From: an uncultured Planctomycetia bacterium | Lineage (GTDB): Bacteria; Planctomycetota; UBA8108; UBA8890; UBA8898 | Length of the DNA: 36,201 nt | Reading direction: 5' to 3' | Assembly (NCBI GenBank): GCA_964529985.1 | Contig: CAZGYL010000001.1 | Span: 1-36,201 of the forward strand | Shown: piece by piece, positions 1 to 8,782 of the stretch | How the letters are laid out: every line of letters begins with the position of its first letter | How positions within the stretch are numbered: position 1 is the stretch's first letter | Notes under the pieces: model-generated | Databases searched by the model: none | Told to the model about the DNA's origin: nothing | The model's input: the letters and a program-made list of their open reading frames with translations, nothing else | Translations under genes and position numbers: made by a program

Positions 1-49
1 CAGCCCGGAGAGGGCCGCCCGCTTCGACCAGGCCCGCAAAGAGTTCTGA

Positions 50-409
50 GTGTCGTCATGCCGGCCCACTACTGCTTGCAAGGGAGATGACCAACGCTTC
101 GAGCTCCCCGGTGTCTTCGAAGTCACTGTGACGGTTACGGACGACGACGGTCTTAAGGGGTCGGACAGCGTCACGATACGCGTAAGGTTGCGCGAGTCTA
201 TCGGCGATACGAACGGAGACAGGCGCCTTGATATAGGCGATGCGATTTATCTTTTGGGTTATCTCTTCGCCGGAAGCGATCCTCCTGCGTGCAGTGAGCC
301 TTACGATTGCGCCGATGCGAACGGAGACGGGAAGATCGACATAGGCGATGCGATTTACCTGCTCCAATATCTTTTTGCGGGCGGCCCTCTCCCGGGAGGA
401 GGTGGATAA
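50..409 (+). CDS. PKD-domain C-terminal fragment plus a type-I dockerin repeat pair; possibly the 3' part of a gene interrupted by the in-frame TGA at 47-49
   Basis: ORF 50..409. RFELPGVFEVTVTVTDDDGLKGSDSVTIRV reads as the F-G strands of a PKD domain. Two dockerin-like Ca-binding repeats follow: DTNGDRRLDIGDAIYLLGYLF and DANGDGKIDIGDAIYLLQYLF. The same frame is open from base 2 to the TGA at 47-49. Confidence 0.55.
   Translation: MSSCRPTTACKGDDQRFELPGVFEVTVTVTDDDGLKGSDSVTIRVRLRESIGDTNGDRRLDIGDAIYLLGYLFAGSDPPACSEPYDCADANGDGKIDIGDAIYLLQYLFAGGPLPGGGG
206..379 (+). repeat. Tandem dockerin (EF-hand-like) repeat pair, duplicated at the nucleotide level
   Basis: 206-271 and 314-379 encode D-x-N-G-D-x-x-(L/I)-D-I-G-D-A-I-Y-L-L-x-Y-L-F. 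The core ataggcgatgcgatttat / ataggcgatgcgatttac is nearly identical in DNA. Confidence 0.75.
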
Positions 410-459
410 TTCCCGAAGTGGGTTCCGCTTCCTTGCTCATAACAACGCCCGCACGTAGG

Positions 460-2451
460 ATGGGGCCGTTACTGCAACCTCGGCACTCTGCGGAACCACC
501 GGGAGGATTGAACGTGCAAAAATTCGGCGATCTCCAGGGTCGGTGCTTCGGTACGGCCGTGAACCTCGTTGTGCTTCTTATTCTACTGTGCGCCGCCGGG
601 CTTTTCGCCGCCGGGGTGCAGGACCTGAGCCGGAGTGAGCTGGCCGCTCTTCTGGAGAAAAAGGCCGCCTCTTATCGGCCTCCTCCTGAAGCAACGAAGG
701 TCTTGCCGTTTGATCCTGCCGGCTGGAAGACAAACAGCGATTACGCTCCGATCGGTGATCCCCGAGCGAAAAAAGGGGGGCGACTCACAAGCACATGGCA
801 GGCGTTTCCTCCGAATCTGAGGACCGACGGGCCGAACAGCAATCTCCTCCAAACACGGCTCTTGCACAGCCTCATCTATGAAAGTTTGTTGGGGCTTCAC
901 CCTGATACCCTGCAGTTTATTCCACAACTCGCCACGCACTGGTGGATCTCAAAGGACAAGAGGACTTTTCGGTTCCGCCTCAATCCCAAAGCACGTTTTT
1001 CAGACGGGAGCGAGGTTACCGCGGACGATGTTTTTTGGTCTTTCTGGCACCTTACCCAAGAAGACAGGCGTGATCCATACAATGTTTACCTTTTCGGAGG
1101 AAGCTTCGATCCGCCGAGAATTATAGACAAGTACACAGTGGAGGTCCACACAAAGAAGCTGAACTGGCGTCTCTTCCTCTACTTCGCAGCAGGCATGTAC
1201 ATATTCCCTGCGCAGTACATAAAGGTAAGCGGGGACGAGTATCTGGCCGGGTATCAATGGCGGTTCATTCCGGGCTCAGGCCCTTACACCATGCTTTCGG
1301 GAGATCTCAAGAAGCCCACCAGTCTTACACTTACACGGCGCGGGGACTGGTGGGCTCGCAGCGAGAAATGGGCCAGGGGGCTTTACAATTTCGATAAGCT
1401 GCGCTTTGTGGTCATTATGGACCGGGATCTTGAGTTTGAAAAATTCAAGCATGGAGAACTCGACTACTTCTTTGTCAGGAAAGCGCAGCGCTGGGCCGAG
1501 GAATGCGATTTCGAGGCCGTGCGCAAAGGATGGGTGAAAAAGCGTTGGATCACCACGGAAGCGCCTCAAGGGTTCTCCGGCTTTTGCTTCAACATGCGCA
1601 AGCCGCCTTTCAACGACAGAAGGGTGAGACTCGCCTGGGCGTATCTTTTCAATCGGAAGAAGCTCATGGAGAAGCTGTTTTTCAACCAGTACCAATATAT
1701 AGATTCGTATTACCCGGGGCGCATATGGGCGAATCCGACGAATCCGAAAATCAGGTACAATCCACGGAAAGCCGCAAGGCTGCTTGAGGAAGCCGGCTAT
1801 AAGCGCAGGAACAAGCAGGGGATCCTTATCGGACCGGATGGAAAGCCGTTTGAGGTGACGCTCGAATACGGCTTCGAGGATCTCAAGAGGATCTTCACCA
1901 TCATAAGGGAGGATTACGAGAAAGCGGGTATCAGGATAAATTTGAAGCTTATTGATCCGCGCACTCTGCTGAAGAAGAAAATGCAGCGTGAATTCACTGT
2001 GGTATATCAAAACTGGGGAGGGCTTTTGTTTCCGAACCCCGAATCTTCTTGGCTTTCCGATCTTGCGGACAAGCCCAACACGAACAACCTGCCGGGATTC
2101 AAGAACCGGCGCGTTGACCGTTTGTGCCGCCTTTATAACGTGTGCTTCGACCAGAAACGCCGCGTTAGAATCATCCGCGAAATAGACAAGCTGATCTTCA
2201 ATGAGCATCCCTATGCCCTGGGCTGGTACAGCAATCGGGTGCGCTTGCTTTACTGGGGGCGTTTCGGGCACCCGGCGACGTACTTTTCAAGAATCGGGGA
2301 CGAGAGCGATATTTTGAGCATGTGGTGGTACGATCCGGAGAAAGCCCGCCGGCTTGAGAGCGCCATGCGTTCGGGCCGGTCTCTGCCTCAGGGGACTGTG
2401 GAAGTTGATCCGTGGAAAGCGGGGGAGCAACGCACGGGCGAGCGGCCCTGA
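460..2451 (+). CDS. ABC transporter substrate-binding protein, family 5 (peptide/nickel; YejA-like), membrane-anchored
   Basis: ORF 307..2451 trimmed to ATG 460, because 307-409 overlaps the dockerin ORF; GTG 514 is an alternative start. Hydrophobic anchor AVNLVVLLILLCAAGLFAAG. Family-5 SBP region LHPDTLQFIPQLATHWWISKDKRTFRFRLNPKARFSDGSEVTADDVFWSF. About 660 aa, as for YejA-type binding proteins. Confidence 0.85.
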   Translation: MGPLLQPRHSAEPPGGLNVQKFGDLQGRCFGTAVNLVVLLILLCAAGLFAAGVQDLSRSELAALLEKKAASYRPPPEATKVLPFDPAGWKTNSDYAPIGDPRAKKGGRLTSTWQAFPPNLRTDGPNSNLLQTRLLHSLIYESLLGLHPDTLQFIPQLATHWWISKDKRTFRFRLNPKARFSDGSEVTADDVFWSFWHLTQEDRRDPYNVYLFGGSFDPPRIIDKYTVEVHTKKLNWRLFLYFAAGMYIFPAQYIKVSGDEYLAGYQWRFIPGSGPYTMLSGDLKKPTSLTLTRRGDWWARSEKWARGLYNFDKLRFVVIMDRDLEFEKFKHGELDYFFVRKAQRWAEECDFEAVRKGWVKKRWITTEAPQGFSGFCFNMRKPPFNDRRVRLAWAYLFNRKKLMEKLFFNQYQYIDSYYPGRIWANPTNPKIRYNPRKAARLLEEAGYKRRNKQGILIGPDGKPFEVTLEYGFEDLKRIFTIIREDYEKAGIRINLKLIDPRTLLKKKMQREFTVVYQNWGGLLFPNPESSWLSDLADKPNTNNLPGFKNRRVDRLCRLYNVCFDQKRRVRIIREIDKLIFNEHPYALGWYSNRVRLLYWGRFGHPATYFSRIGDESDILSMWWYDPEKARRLESAMRSGRSLPQGTVEVDPWKAGEQRTGERP

Positions 2452-2460
2452 GGGGGTGCG

Positions 2461-3558
2461 ATGCACGGAATGGTTTCCTATTTCATACGCAGAATTCTGC
2501 TTGTTCCGGTCACTTTCGTTTGTATCACCTTTCTGGTTTACGCGGTCCTGAGACTGACGCCGGGCGGGCCCATCGAACAGGCGATCCTGCGCATGCGCTT
2601 GGCGGCGCAAGGTGAAGCCGGGCTGGGTGCCGCCGGACTCACCGGAAGCGAGCTGCAGCTTACGGAAAAAGAGCTTGAATCCCTGCGGAAGTATTATCAC
2701 CTCGACCGATCCATACCGATCGGTTATTTGATTTGGCTGGGGCTTTGGCCGCAGGAGGACGGCCGTTTTTCAGGGATTCTCCAGGGTGACTTCGGCACTT
2801 CGAACGAGTTGAACGAACCTGTGCTTCAGGTCATAGCATCGAAATTCCCGATATCGCTTTACTTCGGCTTGATCGGCTACTTTGCGACATGGGCTGTTTG
2901 CGTGCCGCTGGGTATCCTCAAGGCGCTTAAACACCGCACGGCGCTCGATACGATAACCTCTGTGGCTGTGTTTTTCGGGTACGCCGTCCCGGGTTTTGTT
3001 GCATGCCTGCTTCTCATGGTGGGGGTGGCCGCCATTCCGACGCCGAGCGGCGAACCCCTTCTGCCGCTGGGGGACTTCCGCCCTCCTGACTGGGACGCGC
3101 GATGGGCTGCGGGTGATTTTTGGTACTGCATAACAAGTCAGATACGGCATACGATAATCCCGGTCATTGGTTATCTGATCGGCGGCTTCGCAACCATGAC
3201 GATCCTCATGAAGAACTCGCTGCTTGAAAATCTCGGTGCGGACTACGTGCGTACGGCTTTTGCCAAGGGCCTCACCGAACGGCGTGTAATCTTTCTGCAT
3301 GCACTACGCAACTCACTTATCCCGATTACAGCCGGGATCGGACATGCCCTCGGATTGCTCTTCGCCGGATCTTTTCTGATAGAGAAGACCTGCAACATCC
3401 ACGGCATGGGGCTTCTGGGCTACACCTCGCTTCTTGCGCGGGACTATCCGGTGATAATGGGAATATTGGTCTTCCTGGTCCTTATCCGCCTGACGGGCAA
3501 CATCATCTCCGACCTTGTTTGGGCGGCGATCGATCCCCGAATACGCTTCGGGACGTAA
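2461..3558 (+). CDS. ABC peptide-type permease (DppB/OppB/YejB-like)
   Basis: N-terminus MVSYFIRRILLVPVTFVCITFLVYAVLRLTPGGP is typical of this family. Multiple TM segments. C-terminal IISDLVWAAIDPRIRF motif. GAGGGGG lies 5 nt upstream of the ATG. Confidence 0.9.
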   Translation: MHGMVSYFIRRILLVPVTFVCITFLVYAVLRLTPGGPIEQAILRMRLAAQGEAGLGAAGLTGSELQLTEKELESLRKYYHLDRSIPIGYLIWLGLWPQEDGRFSGILQGDFGTSNELNEPVLQVIASKFPISLYFGLIGYFATWAVCVPLGILKALKHRTALDTITSVAVFFGYAVPGFVACLLLMVGVAAIPTPSGEPLLPLGDFRPPDWDARWAAGDFWYCITSQIRHTIIPVIGYLIGGFATMTILMKNSLLENLGADYVRTAFAKGLTERRVIFLHALRNSLIPITAGIGHALGLLFAGSFLIEKTCNIHGMGLLGYTSLLARDYPVIMGILVFLVLIRLTGNIISDLVWAAIDPRIRFGT

Positions 3559-3567
3559 GGAGGGATC

Positions 3568-5214
3568 GTGGTGCGCCTTCTTGTTTCGGTGGGGGTTTTG
3601 GTCGGAGGGTATCTCCTTACCGTTAAGATGATCCCGGCTCTTGTAGTGCGCACCGGACGGCTGCTTGGGTTTCGAATGGAGCTGAACCCGGTGACCCGCA
3701 AGCGGCTCGCCCGTTTCAGGAGGATCCGCCGCGGTTACTGGGCTTTTGTAACAATAAGCACATTCTATGTGATCTCCCTTTTCCTTGAGCTGCTTGTAAA
3801 CGACAAGGCGCTGATCATCTACTACAACGGCAAGGTGGCCTTCCCGGCTGTTGCACAATGGCTGAGCACGGTTCTTCCCTTTGTTGAAATCCCAAGTTAC
3901 GTGAAGAATTCGGATTTCGGACTTGTCGGCGAGGAGCCCGTTGACTTCCGCCTCTACAGGCGTTACTGCCTCAACCCCGAGCTGCTCCGTTTTGAACTCA
4001 AGAAGCGGAAAGCGGAGTTGGAAAAGCAGCGCGAATCCCTGAAAGAACGGGGAGAGGCGCCGAGCAAACCCAAGCCCGTGCCCAAACCGCCGCCTTTTGC
4101 GGAGCCCGAGCCTTCGCCGCCTCCCCCCGGCGCTTCCCCTCGGGAGCGCAAAGCGTATGAGGCTGCACACGCTGAATGGGAAAGGCGGCGCGATGCCTAC
4201 GAAGAAGCCCGGCTTGACGCCATCCTCGCATACGACGAGTATCAGGACGCTCTCCGCAGGTGGCAGGACTACCAACTCGACCTGAAAGTACTCAAAGATT
4301 TGGAAGCGGAAGTCCGGAAACTCACGGAAGCGTACGCGGGCTTCAAAGAGGGGAAGGCATGGGTACTTTTGCCTCTTTATCCTTATGGGCCTGAAGATCC
4401 GTTGCTTGACCTTCCGGGCAAGCCTCCGTACAGTCCTTCCTGGTGGCCGTACTTGAAGGCTTTCCTTACCGGACGGCCTCTCCCACGGGATCCTGAAGCG
4501 CGCGCGGCGCAGAAAATTCTGCCGCCGTGGTCACACCCGCTCGGCACCACGGATAACGGTTTGGACGTGGTGCCTCAGGTTTTGTACGGCTTCCGCATCG
4601 CCGTAACGTTTGCGGTTCTTGTAGCTCTGCTCGGGTACGCGGTGGGGGTTGTAGTCGGCGGGATCATGGGATACTACGGCGGGTGGACCGACATCCTGGT
4701 GCAGAGATTCATCGAGATTTACGGTTCCATTCCGTTTCTTTACACGATAATGATTCTCGCATCGATCACGCAGCCGGGTTTCTTTCTGCTTGCCGGAATG
4801 CTTGTCATCCTGCGCAGTTGGCTCGGTATTACGTATTACGTCCGGGGCGAATTTTACAGGGAGAAGGCAAAGGACTACGTGCAGGCCGCCATTGGAACGG
4901 GTGTTTCCGATCGGAAGATCATGGTCAAGCATATTCTTCCGAATGCGCTGGTTCCGGTGGTTACCTACGCTCCCTTTGATGTCGTCTCCTATATGCTGGT
5001 CTTGGTCTCACTGGATTATCTCGGCTTCGGACTGCCGCCTCAGACTCCCAGTTGGGGATACCTGCTTGAGCAGGGGAGGCGCTACGTGACGTCCTACCAA
5101 CACCTTATTTTGGTACCGACGATCGCGCTGGCCGGAACACTTTTCTGCGTTGTGGTTGTGGGGGAAGCGATCCGAGAGGCTTTCGACCCGAAGGTTTATT
5201 CCCGCTTGAGGTGA
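3568..5214 (+). CDS. ABC peptide-type permease (DppC/OppC/YejE-like) with an expanded periplasmic loop
   Basis: RKRLARFRRIRRGYWAFVTISTFYVISLFLELLVNDKAL matches the YejE/OppC N-terminal pattern. The conserved core runs from PLGTTDNGLDVVPQVLYGFRIAV to the end. AAGGAGGG sits just upstream of GTG 3568. A charged/Pro-rich segment of about 125 aa lies between TM1 and the core. Confidence 0.85.
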   Translation: MVRLLVSVGVLVGGYLLTVKMIPALVVRTGRLLGFRMELNPVTRKRLARFRRIRRGYWAFVTISTFYVISLFLELLVNDKALIIYYNGKVAFPAVAQWLSTVLPFVEIPSYVKNSDFGLVGEEPVDFRLYRRYCLNPELLRFELKKRKAELEKQRESLKERGEAPSKPKPVPKPPPFAEPEPSPPPPGASPRERKAYEAAHAEWERRRDAYEEARLDAILAYDEYQDALRRWQDYQLDLKVLKDLEAEVRKLTEAYAGFKEGKAWVLLPLYPYGPEDPLLDLPGKPPYSPSWWPYLKAFLTGRPLPRDPEARAAQKILPPWSHPLGTTDNGLDVVPQVLYGFRIAVTFAVLVALLGYAVGVVVGGIMGYYGGWTDILVQRFIEIYGSIPFLYTIMILASITQPGFFLLAGMLVILRSWLGITYYVRGEFYREKAKDYVQAAIGTGVSDRKIMVKHILPNALVPVVTYAPFDVVSYMLVLVSLDYLGFGLPPQTPSWGYLLEQGRRYVTSYQHLILVPTIALAGTLFCVVVVGEAIREAFDPKVYSRLR

Positions 5215-5217
5215 CCG

Positions 5218-6252
5218 ATGGCCGAGGGGCCCCCGTTGCTTGAGGTACACGACCTGAAGGTATACTTCGACGTCGAAGGCCGCACCGCCAAGGCGGTCGA
5301 CGGCGTGGATTTTTCGATAATGCCCAATGAGGTCTTCGGTCTTGTGGGGGAATCGGGATGCGGCAAGTCGGTCAGCGCTCTTGCGATTCTCCGGCTGATA
5401 CCCGATCCTCCCGGAAGGATCGTGGGAGGGCGTATCCTCTTCAGAGGACGAGATATCCTGCAGCTGCCGCTCAACGAGGTAAGGGCTTTGCGCGGCAGAG
5501 ACATAAGCATGATTTTCCAGGAACCGATGACGGCTTTGAATCCCGTCTTCAGTGTCGGGTTTCAACTGCGGGAATCGGTGAAGCGGCAGCGCGGAGGGCT
5601 TTCAAGAAGACAGGCCGACAGGAAGGCTGTAGAGCTCTTGCGGTCGGTCGGGATTCCGGACCCCGAGCGGCATCTTAAGAGTTACCCGCACCAACTTTCA
5701 GGCGGCATGCGGCAGCGCGTCATGATTGCAATGGCGCTTGCCGGGGACCCGAAATTGCTGATAGCGGATGAACCTACAACTGCGTTGGATGTCACGATTC
5801 AGGCCCAGATCCTGGAGCTTATCCTTTCGGTACGCGAGCGTTCCGGCTCAATGGCCGTATTGCTTATAACGCATGACCTTGCGGTGGTTGCAGAAACATG
5901 CAGCCGCGTGGCGGTAATGTACGGCGGAAAGATCCAGGAGATATCGCCCGTTGAGAGCCTTTTTGCGGAACCTCTTCACCCGTATACCCGCGGCCTCCTG
6001 CGATCGCTCCCAAGAGCCGACCACGCGCCCGGGTGCCGGCTTGAGGCCATACCGGGAGTTGTGCCTGATGCGATGGACTTCCCCTCGGGTTGCACGTTCC
6101 GTACGCGATGCCCGCTTGCCGAAACCCTGTGTGCGGAAGAAGAACCCGAGCTTATTGAGGTCATGCCGGGAAGGTATTGCCGTTGCCACAAGGTGAGTGC
6201 GGCTCCGGCGCTTCGCAGGGAGCCGCAGGGAAAACAACAGGGAACACCGTGA
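5218..6252 (+). CDS. ABC transporter ATP-binding protein (DppD/OppD-like)
   Basis: Walker A GESGCGKS, signature LSGGMRQR, Walker [14 protein letters not shown]-loop ITHDL. C-terminal Opp-type Cys motif [15 protein letters not shown]...YCRCH. Confidence 0.93.
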   Translation: MAEGPPLLEVHDLKVYFDVEGRTAKAVDGVDFSIMPNEVFGLVGESGCGKSVSALAILRLIPDPPGRIVGGRILFRGRDILQLPLNEVRALRGRDISMIFQEPMTALNPVFSVGFQLRESVKRQRGGLSRRQADRKAVELLRSVGIPDPERHLKSYPHQLSGGMRQRVMIAMALAGDPKLLIADEPTTALDVTIQAQILELILSVRERSGSMAVLLITHDLAVVAETCSRVAVMYGGKIQEISPVESLFAEPLHPYTRGLLRSLPRADHAPGCRLEAIPGVVPDAMDFPSGCTFRTRCPLAETLCAEEEPELIEVMPGRYCRCHKVSAAPALRREPQGKQQGTP

Positions 6253-7274
6253 AAGAAGTACTTTTGGAACTCCGGGATGTCAAAATATATTTTCCCGTTT
6301 ACAGCGGGGTTCTGCTGCGTAAGACAGGTGACATAAAAGCGGTGGACGGAGTTTCGCTCAAGATATACAAAGGGGAAACCTTAGGCCTTGTAGGGGAATC
6401 AGGTTGCGGAAAAACGACCCTCGGCAGGGGGATCATGGGGCTTGTGCCTGTAAGCGGCGGGTCGATCCTTTTCAAAACGACGCAAGGCAATGTCATAGAT
6501 CTTGCGCCGCTTTCGCGCAGGGCGTACCGCCCGCTCCGCGCCGAGATTCAAATGATTTACCAAGACCCTTATTCCTCTCTCAATCCCCGCTGGACCGTGG
6601 ACCAGATCGTGGCCGAGCCCCTTGCGGTGCACAGGCCGGATCTCTCAAAGCGCAAACGCACCGAGCAGGTGCGTTTGCTCCTGAGCAAAGTCGGGCTTAC
6701 CGAGGAGCAGGCACACCGGTATCCTCACGAATTTTCAGGTGGACAGCGGCAGAGGATCGGTATTGCAAGAGCCCTTGCCACCGATCCGCGTCTTATTATA
6801 GCCGACGAGCCGGTTTCAGCACTTGACGTGTCGATCCAGGCCCAAGTCCTGAATCTGCTTCAAGATTTGCAGGATGAGTTCGACTTGACCTACATGTTCA
6901 TCGCCCATGACATCTCGGTGGTTGTTTATATGGCGCACAGACTTGCGGTGATGTACCTGGGAACGCTGTGTGAGGTCGGACCGGCTCTCGAGGTCTACAA
7001 ACGCCCCTTGCACCCTTACACCAAGGCTCTTATTTCAGCGGTACCTCTACCCGATCCGAGGCTCAAGCGGGCGGATCGCGTGCGCTTGGGCGGCGAAGTC
7101 CCGAGCCCACTTGCCGCTCCGGAAGGCTGCCCCTTCAGCACACGCTGTTCGGAAGCCTGCGAAGAATGTGAAAGCATTCGGCCTGAGCTCAGCGAGGTCG
7201 AATCGGGACGATTCGTCGCCTGCCATAGGGTCTCTCGGCCGAAGGCGGAACGGGAAACGGAGGCGGCGCGCTGA
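6249..7274 (+). CDS. ABC transporter ATP-binding protein (DppF/OppF-like)
   Basis: ORF 6177..7274 trimmed to GTG 6249, which overlaps the upstream stop as GTGA. Walker A GESGCGKTT, signature FSGGQRQR, Walker B LIIADEPVSALD, H-loop IAHDI. C-terminal GCPFSTRCSEACEEC...VACH. Confidence 0.9.
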   Translation: MKEVLLELRDVKIYFPVYSGVLLRKTGDIKAVDGVSLKIYKGETLGLVGESGCGKTTLGRGIMGLVPVSGGSILFKTTQGNVIDLAPLSRRAYRPLRAEIQMIYQDPYSSLNPRWTVDQIVAEPLAVHRPDLSKRKRTEQVRLLLSKVGLTEEQAHRYPHEFSGGQRQRIGIARALATDPRLIIADEPVSALDVSIQAQVLNLLQDLQDEFDLTYMFIAHDISVVVYMAHRLAVMYLGTLCEVGPALEVYKRPLHPYTKALISAVPLPDPRLKRADRVRLGGEVPSPLAAPEGCPFSTRCSEACEECESIRPELSEVESGRFVACHRVSRPKAERETEAAR

Positions 7275-7282
7275 TTGCGCTC

Positions 7283-8548
7283 CTACGAGAGATTCTTCAC
7301 GCCGAGAAGCATTCTCCCCAGAAGCGTCCAATCGTCCAACTGTTTCTCGTCGATTCCGATTTCAGCCAGATACCCCCGGTCAAGCTCAAGCTCTCTTTCT
7401 TCCTTTGCCTTTGTTTCCTCCAGTTCGATTGCGTGGGCGAGCCAATCCGCGACATGAACCGCTGTGAGGGGCAGGAATCCCGCCGTTTTTCTTTCCGAAG
7501 GTTCATGATGGTAGAGTGCAGCCTCAACAAGTGCATGCGGTAACCCCCAAAGGCCCAGTAAGTAAGCGCCTACTTCGGAGTGGGTTGTGCCGCAAAGGGC
7601 TTTTTCAAGCTCAACGAGAGGTACTCCTTTGCGCCAGCCTTCAATGACATGGCGGTAGGTATCGGGAATCATGCAGGACAGAACGAGCTTTCCCACATCG
7701 TGAAGTAAGCCGGCGGCGAAAGATGTCTCGACGACTTCTTGTCCTGCTCCTGCAGCCCGTGCGAAAGCTTGAGAAAGTGAAGCCACTTGCAGGGAATGTT
7801 CCCTCAGCTTTTGCAATGAAACAGGCGGGTCGTGCGGAGCCCGGAAACTCTCAAAAATGGCGAATGAACAGACAAGCACCCTCGTGCGCACAAGTCCGAG
7901 CAGGGAGACCGCTCTGCCCGGATCGCTCACCTCCGACCTCAAACCGAAGAAAGCGGAGTTGACCAATTGGAGAAATTTTGCAGAAAGCGCCGGATCCTGC
8001 TTTACGCATTGAGCGATATGCGGAATTGAAGGCTCGGGCCGGTGAAGCAAGTCCAGAAGTCTCGAGTAGACTTCAGGAACGGGCGGCAGAGTTTGAAGTT
8101 CCGCTACAATATCAGCGAGCCCGGGATCGGAGATCCGCTCCCGCAGTGCCCAAAGTCCCGCCAGTGAGCTCCTCAGTTCCCGAGGAGCGGAGAACTTGGG
8201 TATGAACCTGTGGACGAGAGTGGATGACCGCAGGATATCTCCGATTCGACTGTACGATCCGTAAACCGCACGGATAGTTTCGGGCGAATGTATCAGAGCC
8301 TGTTCGAAAAGCCCAAGTCCGTTTTGGCCCGGAAGATCGAGCTCTGCAAGCAGGAGATCGTACCGCTCCGAGGAAAGTCGTTCGACGGCCTCACCCGGAT
8401 CACAAGAAACGTTGACATTCCACTGGGATTCTTCGCTTCCGCGTAACGCATCCTCGACAGCCTGAGCACATTTTTTATCGCCGCTCACAAAGAGAAGTTC
8501 CATACGCCGGGTTGGTCTTTCACTTTCCATTGGTATTTCCCCCATCAT
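7283..8548 (-). CDS. Response-regulator receiver (REC) + HDOD domain protein
   Basis: REC-like N-terminus MELLFVSGD...YDLLLAELDLPGQNG...FIPKF. HDOD region LPPVPEVYSRLLDLLHRPEPSIPHIAQCVKQDPALSAKFLQLVNSAFFGL and HD-like GLLHDVGKLVL. Start is uncertain: ATG 8548, ATG 8530 (GGGGGA 7 nt upstream) or ATG 8503. Confidence 0.85.
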   Translation of the reverse strand: MMGEIPMESERPTRRMELLFVSGDKKCAQAVEDALRGSEESQWNVNVSCDPGEAVERLSSERYDLLLAELDLPGQNGLGLFEQALIHSPETIRAVYGSYSRIGDILRSSTLVHRFIPKFSAPRELRSSLAGLWALRERISDPGLADIVAELQTLPPVPEVYSRLLDLLHRPEPSIPHIAQCVKQDPALSAKFLQLVNSAFFGLRSEVSDPGRAVSLLGLVRTRVLVCSFAIFESFRAPHDPPVSLQKLREHSLQVASLSQAFARAAGAGQEVVETSFAAGLLHDVGKLVLSCMIPDTYRHVIEGWRKGVPLVELEKALCGTTHSEVGAYLLGLWGLPHALVEAALYHHEPSERKTAGFLPLTAVHVADWLAHAIELEETKAKEERELELDRGYLAEIGIDEKQLDDWTLLGRMLLGVKNLS

Positions 8549-8556
8549 GCACAGGT

Positions 8557-8586
8557 AAAAAAAGGGGGGCCGGAATTTCCGGCCCC
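8557..8586 (-). terminator. Rho-independent terminator (minus strand only)
   Basis: Minus strand reads GGGGCCGG-AAAUU-CCGGCCCC, then CC and a run of seven U (8563-8557). The plus-strand reading has no U-tract. It ends 8 nt before the first possible start codon of the REC-HDOD ORF. Confidence 0.8.
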
Positions 8587-8750
8587 TTGCGTGGTCCGTG
8601 TGCCGGGTCGTTCACCGGCTGATTATTCTGTATGGGCCAGATGCCCATTGCTTGGCGGGGGCCGGGAAGGTGGTAGGTACGCCGGCACAGCGCCCAATCC
8701 ACCGAAATGGGCCGCGCGCGGCCCACCTTCCCGACTCCCGTCATGCCGGT
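8557..8750 (-). ncRNA. Candidate structured leader or small RNA (about 190 nt), bounded by an ECF-type promoter and the intrinsic terminator
   Basis: A 17-bp helix with one A.C mismatch pairs GGGAGUCGGGAAGGUGG (8739-8723) with CCACCUUCCCGGCCCCC (8673-8657). It encloses the GGGCCG-CGCG-CGGCCC and CCAU-UUCG-GUGG hairpins. Further hairpins (AUGGGC...GCCCAU, GCCGG...CCGGC) precede the terminator. No credible ORF is present. Confidence 0.4.
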
Positions 8751-8754
8751 CAGC

Positions 8755-8782
8755 ATTACGTGCGGCGCAGCAACACGTTTCA
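8755..8782 (-). promoter_or_regulatory. ECF-sigma-type promoter candidate, TGAAAC-N16-CGTAAT
   Basis: Minus strand has TGAAAC (8782-8777), an exact 16-nt spacer, then CGTAAT (8760-8755). This resembles the GAAC/CGT class of ECF promoters. It lies about 15 nt after the stop of the 737-aa gene and about 15 nt before the long helix. Confidence 0.35.

Noticed and set aside
47-49. Possibility that TGA is recoded (Trp, Gly or Sec) in this organism.
   Set aside because: Several well-supported genes here terminate at TGA at the expected family C-terminus, for example at 2449-2451, 5212-5214, 6250-6252 and 29486-29488, including GTGA and ATG...TGA coupling overlaps. The high GC content also argues against code 4 or code 25.
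307-459. N-terminal extensions offered by the ORF track: 307-459 for the SBP, 6177-6248 for the second ATPase, 27901-28116 for the aminotransferase, 11567-11596 for the Cys-rich protein, 19264-19287 for the kinase and 20119-20157 for the lipoprotein.
   Set aside because: The extensions overlap upstream genes or are Arg-rich non-homologous leaders. In each case an internal ATG or GTG has a well-spaced SD sequence, or begins the conserved family N-terminus.
1276-2271. Long antisense ORF (331 aa) inside the substrate-binding protein gene. Similar long shadow ORFs occur at 3313-4275(-), 8926-9849(+), 19075-19828(+), 24121-24906(+), 26872-27726(+) and 33295-34158(-).
   Set aside because: All overlap genes with strong family signatures in another frame or on the other strand. 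Their translations are Arg/Pro/Gly/Ser-rich and low in information, and they lack SD sequences. This is typical of stop-poor alternative frames in roughly 60% GC DNA.
6085-7240. Cys clusters at the C-termini of both ABC ATPases (GCxFxxRC...C...CH).
   Set aside because: This is the family-typical oligopeptide/dipeptide transporter C-terminal motif, present in most OppD/OppF/DppD/DppF proteins, and not specific to this locus.
7275-7282. Looked for bidirectional terminators at the convergent junctions 7275-7282, 23193-23208 and 32675-32689.
   Set aside because: Only 4-5 bp GC stems without U-tracts can be drawn, which is not convincing as intrinsic terminators.
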